This document shows positions 38,525-50,000 of a stretch of 64,000 bases of DNA, piece after piece. How positions within the stretch are numbered: the first letter of the stretch is position 1; every line of letters begins with the position of its first letter. Position numbers and translations under genes: made by a program. Origin of the DNA: Ptychomitrium polyphyllum (lineage: Eukaryota); NCBI GenBank assembly GCA_973851085.1, contig OZ316775.1:6820001-6884000 (forward strand), in the 5' to 3' direction. A model generated the notes under the pieces. It worked only from the letters and a program-made list of their open reading frames with translations, had not been told where the DNA came from and searched no databases.

Positions 38525-38760
38525 CGACAAATTTCGAGGAAAGCCCTGGCTCATTCAGGGATAAGTGCACTATGCAAGTTTAGGAGAGACTAAATAAAAG
38601 AGTGACACAGAATTGTACATTTCTTGATGGTCTCCAACTCGGCACCAGCTCGGCGTGCTGCATTGACGGCCTTCTCGTCCGTCTTTGCACCAGAAGTCGG
38701 GGCCTTCTTCCTCACCACCACAGGCTCCCAGTCTTGTCTCAAATCTCCCATACCCGCCAT
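37441..38760 (-). CDS. MBF1: Multiprotein bridging factor 1 (MBF1a/b type), 4 exons, 142 aa
   Basis: Exons 38760-38619, 38382-38299, 37954-37872, 37560-37441 (429 nt). Protein: [142 protein letters not shown]. This has the MBF1 N-terminal domain and the HTH. Confidence 0.96.
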
Positions 38761-40300
38761 GTCGTTGAATGTTACTTAAGGACGTTGAGCGAGCCTTCGG
38801 TCCCAGTGTTAGTGCAAGAAAACCTGTGGATTTACGAGCATCAGTCCATGTATGGAACAATGCGAGAAATGCAACTTTAATCAACAGCTCACACACAAAA
38901 GAGGCACCGTCTTAAACGTAATTATCAGAACTCCCCTATACTCAGTTTCACAAAGGGACCTCACTTATCATATCAATATACCCTAACATAGCGACCATTG
39001 AGGCGAAATAATCGAAGCTCGAATTCACACGATAACGGTCTCTTTCTCGATCATGAATCCACAGACAACGAAAACGCAATGGAAAAAACCCTAATTAAGA
39101 CAATCGGATGCAGTAATGTGAGGAAAACTACAACGAAAGGCAATATCGCATCGTCGCCACAGAGATATAGATTGCCACTAGAGAGGATTACATTTTTTAA
39201 GTGATTCGCATAAAACACCACGAAGGCATCCACAAGAGCAGTGCCAGAGGAATCATTAGCATATGCTATAGCCAGGGTAGCAAATTCACAAGCAATTCCA
39301 ATTACTTGGACGCATCAAGAATCAACAGTAGCTGCGTACAGGCAAGCAGCTCACAATTGGTGAATGCCGTCCTCCTAGGGTAACACGCACTCCAGGGACA
39401 GCAGAGCTAGCACAAGCACAAAACCCTCCAACGCCCTCACTTAGGGGTGACTCCAACCATCACATCCAGACCTCCGTCTCATCGATTCAGAACCATGCAC
39501 CCATTCATTCATACGCGATGTCCCACATACCCTTTACCCCATATTGCACAATCACGTGACATGTTGATATTGGAACCATACCTCACAAAAATCCTCAAAC
39601 CACTGAAAACAAACAAAACAAAACAAAAAGAAGAGAAGAAAAAAGAAAAAAGAAAGAAAAGAAAGAAGAAGCAAGAACTGATATAAGACCGCCCAAAACT
39701 CCAGTGACGAGTAGTATCCCACACCTGGCACAAAGTGGCAACAACTGCACTTGGCAACTGGTGAGGAAGATGAACAGCGGTAAGGCCGTGAGGACAGAAA
39801 AATATTCCACCGAGTCGAAGCTGGAAAAGCAGTGCACAAGAGCAGCAAGCAAGAGGCAACGCAGTATGGCGTAGCAAGCGTGGACGTCGATATAGTGCGC
39901 AACGGAGCTTACTCTGTGCAACCTCCCCTCCCTCATACAACACAGCCCCCACTGCAACGTCCCCCTCCACCCCCCCCTCTACGGATACATACGTATTGTA
40001 TTCTCGCGGTTCGATACGATGGATGGTATGATATGGGACGGTATGGTGAGGTATGGCATGATGTGGTGTGGTGGGGTATAGCAGCGTGCCGAGCTCGTAG
40101 TGGCCCAGCGCCGTGGATGCCAGCAAGGCAGTGCAGGGCGTGGGACAGGACGTCGCTGTGCCCACGGTGGAGGTGAGGTGGGTCCTGCCTTTGGCTTCGT
40201 CGCGTCCAAGGGAGAACAGCCCACGCCAACACCACAACACCACACAACACCCATGGCCACGAGCTTTTACCCTCTGAACCACCATGTGCATTACTACTAA
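38761..40300 (-). promoter_or_regulatory. Probable promoter and intron-containing 5' UTR of MBF1
   Basis: On the minus strand: acceptor CCACAG|G near 38823, donor-like CCAG|GTGTGG near 39724, a pyrimidine tract at about 39610-39670, a TATA-like CTATAT near 39893, and a GC-rich upstream block reaching about 40300. Confidence 0.5.
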
Positions 40301-40597
40301 GCAATGTTTTTAGTTGTACAGTTGTCCCTATCTAATATGACAGATTTGGGGAACAAGAAATTTATTATATAACTAAATGTCACATTTTTCATTATATGAT
40401 ATTTAAGGCATTTGATGTCTTAGTATTGAGATTTTCAAAATTTGACCAAAATAAGAATAAAAACACCTTACAATGGTTATTAATTATTAAAAATATACTT
40501 TCTGTCTACTTAGATTTACAATACTAAGCTTTAATGACAACCAACCATAGTTGCTACACATGCCTTAGCTGCCATCCAAATCTTAAACATCATCTTC

Positions 40598-40646
40598 AAA
40601 TCCTAGTTGCTACACAAATCCTAGTTGCTATACAAATCCTAGTTGC
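40598..40646. repeat. 18-bp tandem repeat, about 2.7 copies
   Basis: AAATCCTAGTTGCTACAC, AAATCCTAGTTGCTATAC, AAATCCTAGTTGC. Confidence 0.8.
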
Positions 40647-41813
40647 CATTTTCTAGCCCTAAATTTTGGAAGTTTTCATAAGGTTTTTAATTATAAAAGA
40701 ATGAAATACCATATTTTTTTTCAACTATTCATTTTTTTTAAATGACATCCATACATATTAAACATTAATTACTTTTATTATGTGACAAATGGAGGATCTT
40801 AATTGTCATATTACAATGTGTCATAATAGTATTATAGGGAAAATTATGAACTAGGTAAATTGGTTGCACAAAAATGAGTCCTACAGTTGAGATTGTTGTA
40901 TATTCAACAATATTAGACTCTATTGGACTTCAAATCTTATTTTCTATCCATCAAAATTCTTGAAAATTCAAAAAATGTTTGAAAAAGGAAACATTTCATA
41001 TAAAACTTCCTACTTTTTCTTCTCACCTTAGATAACTATAATTGTGTCCATTACATTAAATATTGTGCACATTTATAAACTTTATCAAAGTTTCCTTATA
41101 ATATTTTTCTATTAAAATTTTGTAAATGCTAAGGATTAAATTCAAATGAATTCAAATTAAAATGTTCTAAAAAACTAAATTACAAATGAACCTTTTATAA
41201 ATGTCCTTACAAGTGTATAGTGTTATGTAGTTCAAAATCCATTAGTAAAATAAACCAACAATTACCAAATAATAATTAGCAATAAGCACTTAAAGCATAT
41301 ATTAATATCATAAAAAAAAAAAAAATTTAAAAAAACAACCAAAACAAAATAAAATAATAATAATTCTTAACAACACTTTAATTTTCTATACAATTTATTA
41401 CTCAAAGTAAGGCAATACAAGGCAGCATTATCATTAAGGTAGCATTATCATTAATTATGCAATAAACCAGAATCATTTTTACAACACTTGACATAGAAAT
41501 AATTATCTCAAACTTTTCCAATAAAATTATCCAAAATGAAATGTGAAACACCAAATCATTACAACAAGAAAAGGAAAGAAAAGCAAAAATAATACAATAC
41601 AATTATGAGGATTTTCTACCAATATTTTCCACTACCATTCTTTTTATTACACACATAAAAATAACCACCAAATTATACATAATTCTGAACCATCATGTAT
41701 ACTACTTTTGACCAATTCAACATTGTAGAGATCAATTCCTGATACAAATTTTATAATTAAATACGGAAATGGCAATATAATATATAAGCTCTTATAGTTG
41801 ACAATGTCCATAT

Positions 41814-44800
41814 TGTTACGGATATAGATCATGCAATATAGTCTTTAGAACCTTTTAGATCCTTTTAGTATATTATAGTAGCTTCTTAGAATATTTTCAA
41901 TGCTTCCATAGATGTTCCACCTCTTTGGGAAGTTTCTTAAAAAGATTCCACCACTTTGGAGAACTTCCTAGGAAGGATCTAATTCTTTGGAAAGCTTCTT
42001 AGGAAGGTTCTATTACCTTAAAAAACTTCCTAAGAAGGTTCTATCACTTTAGAGAACTTCCTAAGAAGGTTTTGCATCCTTGGGAAACTTCCTAAAAAGG
42101 TTCCACCATAGCACCTTCATGGAAAATTTCTTAGGAAGGTTCCATTGACTTTTAGAACATTCTTAAGCTTTGTAAGAAGCTTCTTTAGAAGTATCCTAGA
42201 AGATTCAAGCGTCATAGTATAGATAGGAGGCAAGATAATATATACCTTAGTGTTGCCAATATAAGTTGTAGATCATATTGTATCCTGTCTTGTTCTAGTC
42301 TTTGTATTAATTCTTGTTAATTATTAACTCTTTGGAAGTTAATTCTTGGGGAACACTTTGTCTTTGCTTCTTATTTCTTGTGACTTTAATAGTTTGGCAA
42401 GGCTACTTTTTATCTTTGTTAGAACTAAGGTTCTTTGAAGAAGATAGTAGATTGTTTAACTTCTTTAAGATCCCATAGCGTCTTAGAGGTTGCAGATTAT
42501 TTTCTTCTAAATTGATACCATATATTGATTTAATTTTTTTAAATAGCAATTACTATTTCTTTTAATAACTTATCAATCAATCAAAGGATGCAGATTACCC
42601 TCTTTTGAAGATATTGATAGTCTATTTGTTTCTCACAGTCTTAAATATGGATGATGTGCAAAAAACATCAGAGAATAGATTTGCAACTACTGCGGACTTT
42701 CAAGAGTTATTAAACATAATTCAAACGGAGCTTGCTTGCTTCAACATGACCAACAATTTAGACTAGTACATTCATCAAGCTGAAAAATCCAATGGCTATA
42801 TTTAAAATCTATATTAAAAAGTGGTTAAAACAAAAATTCAAAGTCTACAATAAGGACAGCGCTCGGTTACTACATATGTTGCAGAGTTTTGACAATTAGC
42901 TTGCGCCTTGATTGGAATGATAAAGCCTTGGTTATACAATTCTGATAGAATTTGAGAAAGAATATGAAAGACTTGCTACTCACAATGCCAAGGGTTGATA
43001 TGTTAAACAAATTCGTCACTTAAACAATAGTATGTATTAATAGACTATTTGAAGGCGCCAAGAATAATACTTGGAATGACAACCATTATATCAAGGTATG
43101 GCAACCACTTCTTCAAAAGTATTAGAAAGCTGACCACAAGGACCAGAATCTATGAAAATTGATGCTACCCAGTTTAGACATTTGACTCTAGAAGAAGAAA
43201 GGTGTCGGAAAGGAAGCCTATGTTTGTATTGTGGCAAATCTGCACATAAAGTGTACAATTGCCAAATTAAGAGATCTGCATTTAAAGCACAAAGCACAAT
43301 AGTGGAGTTAAAAAACAAGGCAATCCAATCATAGTAAGGACCATGCAACTAGATACCATAAAAAAATGACCATCAAATCAAGGTCTCTTCCTACTTCAAA
43401 CTCTTATTTCTTGTTTTACATTTCCTATTAAAATTAAATTTTTAGATGGTGAAATATTTAGTAAAGTTCTTTTGAATACTAGTACAACGACATGTTTCAT
43501 GGACAAAGATTTTGCAATCAAACACTACATGGTACTTGTGAATAAAAAACATCCTGCACTTGTTGAAGTTATCAATAGGCAATCTCTTGCATTTAGTAAT
43601 GTTATTGAAGAAATTCAACTATTACAAGTTGTTTTAGGAGACCAAGCATCTAAAATTATCTTTAATATTATTCCATGCCAAATAAATCCTATTGTCTTGG
43701 GCCTTTTTTGGTTTGAATTACATAATCCAGACATTGATTAGCACTCACCAAGTCTGATTTTGAAAAAAAAATGTCAAAGTATAAGAAATTTTGGACCATC
43801 ATTTATTGGAGCTAAGGCATTCATAAGAGTAGTAAAAAATAAACCAATCTATGCCATTTATACTACGCCAATACCTGGCTCTATATTAGAGACTAATCAA
43901 GGCATATTCCATTAATACCAAGATTATGAAAATGTTTTTATAAAAAAAAATGCGAATATATTATCAAAGCATTAACCTTACGATTGTGCCATCAAGTTGC
44001 AAGAAGGAGCTTAACTAGCTTTTGGACCTATTTTAATCTTATCACAAAACAAGTTAATTGCCTTGAGGAAATATATTAATGAAAATCTTGGAAAGGATTT
44101 CATCCAATACTTTAAATAACTTGCTAAAGTATCCATTCTATTTGTTAAAAAGAAAGATGAATCATGACGTATGTACGTGGACTATCTAAGCCTCAATAAG
44201 GTAACCAAAAAGAATTGCTGTTCATTACCATTAATTTCATGACTTGTACAACAACTTGGTCAAGTAAAGATATTCACCAAGATTGATCTAAGAAGAGTCT
44301 ACAACCTCATACGCATCAAAGAAGGAGACAAATAGGAGGCAACCTTTCAATCTATGTATGGTCATTTTGAATACAATGTCATGTCTTTTGGCCTTATTAA
44401 TGCCCCTAAAATTTTTCAATACATGATGAAATCTTTCATGAATATTTGGACAATTTTATAGTCATTTATTTGGATGAAATTTTAATATATTTGAAGGATA
44501 AACAAGACCACAAAAATCATATTCAATTGGTTTGAGAAAAACTACGCTAGCAAGGATTATATGCCAAATTGGAGAAGTGTTTGTTCTATAAATCCTTGGT
44601 TGAATTTTTAGGCTACATCATCTTCAAAGAAGAAAGATATATGGATGAGAAAAAAATATGCACTATTATGGAGTGGAGTACGCCAAGATCAATTGAAGAT
44701 GACTAATATTTTTTGAGATTTGCAAATTTCTACATAATATTCATCAAGGACTATTTCAAGATTGTAGCACCATTAACATAACTTGTAGGGATGCAAAATT

Positions 44801-46530
44801 CACTTGGAATGAAGAAGGAGAAAAAACATTTTAGGATCTTAAGAAGTCATTCATGTTGGTTTCAATCTTTATTCATCCAAATTCATCAAAGCCTTTCTAT
44901 TTAGAAGTGGATGCCTTAGATTTTGCACTTGGCTTAGTATTTTAACAATATGATGAAGACAGAAGACTCCATCCTATTGCCTTTTATTCAAAGAAGTTCT
45001 TAGCAATAGAGATTTATTATAATATATATATGACAACGAGTTACTTGCAATTGTGGATACATTTGAATAATGGTAATATCTGTTAGTAGGAGCCCAACAT
45101 AACAATACTATATATACAAACCACAAGAACTTGGAGTACTTCATGAGTGCGCATGTTCTGAATTGTCGTCAAGCAAGGTGGAATATGTTACTTTTCAAAT
45201 TTGACTTTGTCATTATCTATCGACATGGTAGCGTACAAAGTAAGCCAGATGCCTTATTTCAGAGATTTTATTTGGCTTCTAAACCTAAAATTGACGTTTT
45301 GAATCAATAAAAGACTATTTTATTGAAGTTACAGAATCTTCAATTGAAAGTTGCAACTATTACAATAACATTCCATCTCAATGAAATTTGGAGGGCTTTG
45401 AAGAATAATGTCTTTGTTTTAAATATAACAAGGCATTTCAAAGACAACAAAGATTCTTCAAATAATGGCAAGGACTTTGAATTCTAAGAAACTTACTTTA
45501 TTATAAATGACTTTTATACCTACCTCTAAATTTTTTGCAATTGAAGATCCTTCAAGCACGTCATTTTTCAGCAGCAAGGCATTTTGGATTCAATAAAACA
45601 AAGGAACTGATTGCTAAAGACTATTAGTGGCCACAAATGTGCAAATATGTGAAGGACTTTGTTTAATCATGCAACACTTGTACAAGGGCCAAAGTACCAA
45701 AATACCAACCTCATAGTCTCCTTCATCCATTTCTAATGCTAAAGGATCTATGGTTGTCATTATTAATGGATTTTATTACGGACCTTCCAAGCTTTGCTTT
45801 TAAAGACTTTATTCTAGTAGTGGTGGATTGGTTTATCAAAATGGCGCATTTCATTCTATGCAACAAAATTGTAACTGGAGAAGAAACTGCTAAGTTGTTC
45901 CTAAATCACATTTATTGCATAGATGGACTACTAAATAATATTGCATCCGATTGAAGGCCGCAGATCATCTCCAAAGTTTGGAAGGCTCTATTCCAGTTGT
46001 TGCATGTAAAAATCAACCTCTCTTCAATACACCATCTATAGACTCATGGTCAAAATAACGTGTAAACCAAATTTTGAAGCAATAGCTTTGTTGCAGTATA
46101 AATTACCAACAAAACAATTGGATGGCCCTTTTACTTTTGGGGGAATTTTCTTACAACCATACAATGCATTCTTCAACAACGCAAAGTCAATTATTTACAA
46201 ATTATAGCCACCATCCTAGAGCAGATCCATTTCAATTAAAGCATGTTGAAAACCGAGCGTTCCACATATCTTTGTTACAAACCTACAATAAGTCATGTAT
46301 AGCAGAGAGAATTGTTCCTTTGCCTCTTTTTGTGGAAATCAATAATAAAATGGAGTATAAATTCAAAGATATTTTATATTCACGCAATAAGAATGGATGT
46401 GTAGAGTACCTTATACATTGGCAAGGATATGGTATTAATGATTAAACATGGAAACCATCCTTGAACATAACAAATGCATTTGACAAGGTACGGAACTTTC
46501 ATCAAAAATATTCTTAGAAACCAAGTCATT
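41814..46530 (+). mobile_element. Degenerate Ty3/gypsy chromovirus: 5' LTR, gag, PR, RT, RNase H, integrase, chromodomain; no 3' LTR seen
   Basis: LTR-like start TGTTACGGATATAGATCATGC at 41814, ending near 42637. Zinc knuckle CLYCGKSAHKVYNC (~43220). Decayed protease motif LLNTSTTTCFMD (~43470). RT remnants [30 protein letters not shown] and VIYLDEILIY (44280-44490). RNase H PFYLEVDALDFALG (~44890). Integrase MDFITDLP (~45770). Chromodomain VEYLIHWQGYG (~46400). Many stops and frameshifts; the 3' boundary is approximate. Confidence 0.93.
41915..42100 (+). repeat. Six tandem 31-bp units inside the chromovirus LTR
   Basis: Units start at 41915, 41946, 41977, 42008, 42039 and 42070, with approximate consensus TTCYAYCWCTTTGGARAACTTCCTARGAAGG. 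A degenerate seventh unit follows. Confidence 0.85.
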
Positions 46531-47045
46531 AATGACGTATTATGATAAATCAATAGCAGTTAGCTTTACGAAAAAGATTTCCAACACACAAGTACAAGGA
46601 AGGGGGAACAATATCCAACCTTCAATTGTATGCGGGATTATTTCCAATATAGATCATCTCTAGATCCTAGCTAGTATGCTAAATCTTCATATATTCTCAA
46701 ATATGCATGAAAAGCAATTCCCCATGCTCTCTTAAACAGCAGCACCAACTCAACCACCTCAACTTTCCCAACTTTCATTGCCAAAGGATCTAAGCCAAAA
46801 TATGAGAGCGGCCTTCCAACATCAAGTGCGACTTTGTGCAAAAATATTGGTCAGTCACATTCCAATCTTAATTCAAATATTCAGGCTCTACTCATCTAAC
46901 TGAAAATAAAACCACTTACTCCTGAAACCAAAGAACCTCTTTGGAGGATATTTTAAAGAACTCCATCAACATCAAATCTTCGGGTGGGACATTTCAACAA
47001 CAAAAGTCATGGGAGGCAGTCATTGTCGCTCCTTGCAAGGACCAC

Positions 47046-50000
47046 TCTATGAGTGGTCGCCGTTGTCACTGTTGTTCTTCTCCTTTGGGTGCCGATGCTG
47101 CGAACCAGCGATAAAGAAGATACGGCAGAGGGTTTCCCTGAAGTTGTCGCTTTATGGCACTGATTAGTTCTACGACTCTGTGTGCAGTCAACGCCGGATC
47201 CAACAAGGCAGCTACGAGTGCAACCGGTTTGAACACGAAAAGGCTGGATGACGAGACCGACGTCCTTGCTCGTGAGTGAACCAATCCGACTGCATCTTGT
47301 GACTGCTGTTTGTAAATGTCAGTTGCTGTGCGGTGCAAACGTCTGACGCAGCTGACTTTGTGTTGCTGTTGCTGTCGTTGGTGATGTGTGATGATCGTGA
47401 GACCTGAGGGCATGGGTGGGATGCTTGGTTGTGATATTAGTGCGATTGGAGCAGGCTAATAGTGCGGCGAGTGGTGTGGAATTGATGTTACCCTCCGGCC
47501 GTTGTTTGTTGTCACATTGAATGCGGTGGGCAGTGGTGGTGTAGTCCATGTTGTTTTGGTCGTGGAAAGCTGGTCGGGAACAGTGCTGAACCGTTGCAAC
47601 CCGGTTTTGGAACAGACGAGAAAGTATCAGGAGAACTGAAGAAGAACATCATGCAGGCGCGGTTGGACAAGAAGCTGACACAAGCCCAACTTGCGCAGGT
47701 GTGTCTCGTTATTCCTGTAGGCGATAAGGGTATTTGTGATTTTTCAGCGCACACAGTCTGCGTCTCTTGGGTTGTATCGTATCCAGGACTACGGGTAACA
47801 GGCCGGCTTGAATGGCAGTCCAGAGCACACGCCGCCTGGTACGTGGCGCAATCTGGTTTTGGGGATTGCTAGTATACACAGAGAGGTGTTGTTGAGGATG
47901 TAGCAAGCCTAGTGTGAAGTGATTTGACTCCACATGAGGTAGTTGGTCAGCTTTGGAGATTCGTTCTGGTGTCGGTTGGAGGTATTGAGTGTGGCGCTTG
48001 GCGATGCAGCTGATCAACGAGAAGCCACAGATTGTTCAAGAGTACGAGTCAGGGAAAGCAATTCCGAACCAGCAGATCATTGCAAAGTTGGAACGTATTC
48101 TTGGCGTGAAGTTACGAGGCAAGAAGTAAATACTAGTGTAGAGATTGTCTGAGAGCTCTCGATACCATTGGTTGTTTGGCGGCTGAAAGCCAGCATTCTC
48201 CTTTTTTCATTCTGCTGGTTTCCAGTCATGAGGTGACGAGCAGAGCTGGCTGGCGTTCGATGTGATTCAAGGGAAGGGTTGAGTGGGATTACTTCTTGCT
48301 TATTGGATCTAGAAGATAGTTGGACTTTGAGTGTCTGGAAATGATTACGATTAGTTGTAAAACTATAGTGATGGGATGTTGGTATGGAGCAGTTTTCGGT
48401 GTCTTAATTGCGTTTAGTGGTATATACTGTACGAGATCTTTGCAATGGGTCAATGCTTCAATGACGATCGAGAGCCCTGGCTTCCAACCCCTTGGGTTCT
48501 GCCGTTCAATCTTCTTCGGTAGATTATACGTTAGGATGAGCTGTGACGTCTAGTACCAGTGATCAGGCTTGACATTTGCACCGAGTTATAATACTTTCGA
48601 CATTTGGTGTTTTGGTGATATTGTGTGGAAATTGGGCGTTTCTCTGATAGACTTAAGCAAATTTGATCCTTACATGGTCCTGTGTTGGTCGAGATGTGAG
48701 GTTAACTCTCCAAATTCTTGACATAGTTACCCCGATAGTAGTCTTCGGGAAAGCTGCGGTCAAAATTGACAGTAGAATTTCATTTCAAGTCTATGGAAGC
48801 CACTACCGTCCGAGTCCCAGTGGTGCTTAGTAGTGGAACTCGCATACTTTCTAAACATTGGCAGATTTTGGGCTACAATTTGAACAGAAAAACATTCCCA
48901 CATTCTTGATGAAAAGTTTGGACTATTCACTCACTGAAAGGATAGACTACAAAAATTGACATAATGCAGATTACAACAACAATTGTAGTTGACAATGTTC
49001 TTACTACAATCAATTAGCTAATTGCAGTTGAGGACCATGGATATTATTTGGAAATTCAAACCTCTCATTTTTCTTCAAAAGGCATATCAATATTCAATCT
49101 TGCATTCAAAGGTTGTACACAAAGTTCATTACGCCTAAATGTAATGAATATTTTATCAATACGCATGTTCTTTTAGTATGAAATGAAATGGTCACTATTC
49201 ACACCTTACTTTGAGGACTCTAAACATCGTGTGAATTTACAACTCATGCACCTCTAGCACACGTCCATTGAACCCATACAATCACATTGCTCATGAAGTA
49301 TGAACAAACTTCTAATGCTTCACATATGCTCATAAAACCTTGCTTCCCACTTCCTATACAAACCTCTATATGATCTCAAAAATCAAAAAGTTGCATTGAT
49401 GATATAATGCTACAAATCTCAAAATCCAACTTACAAACTCTTGCAAAAACAATAACATCATTCAAATGTTACAAAACACAAAAGTCAACGTACCAACCTA
49501 CAAGTCCAAATTTCACCAATGATCCAAACTTTGATAAACAAATGGCAAAATGACCTTTGAATTCAAACTTCTCAGTTTCTTGATATTACATTTCGTTTTC
49601 ATCACACGTATCCAATCCGTCTGCAACGTCCATGAACATGGTACCTACAATCATATCAATACATGTTGAACACATTGTACCCACCAAAAAGAAGCATCCA
49701 CAAAATCTAAAACAAAACTAACAACACTAACTATACACTATTAACAAAGTACTACCAACACTGTACTCCACTACTTGCATGAGCAGCAGTCCTCTGTCCA
49801 AGAACAAATGGGTCACAAAACTCTCCACATTGATGACTCCTTTCATTCACACATGTGACTAGCCTCCCAAACTCAAAACAAACTTCCATGCTATTGTTCC
49901 AATTCCTTTCACGTGTATCTAGAACAACCACAAAACTTGCACCCCAAACTCCCCAAAATCGGGCATCCACAAACTCCCAACTCCAACTCACGGCCTTCCA

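Noticed and set aside
40015..40080. Degenerate GGTAT/GGTGT pentamer run
   Set aside because: Short low-complexity repeat with no supportable function.
41915..42145. CRISPR-like array
   Set aside because: The 31-bp units are head-to-tail with no unique spacers, lie in a eukaryotic LTR, and no cas genes are present.
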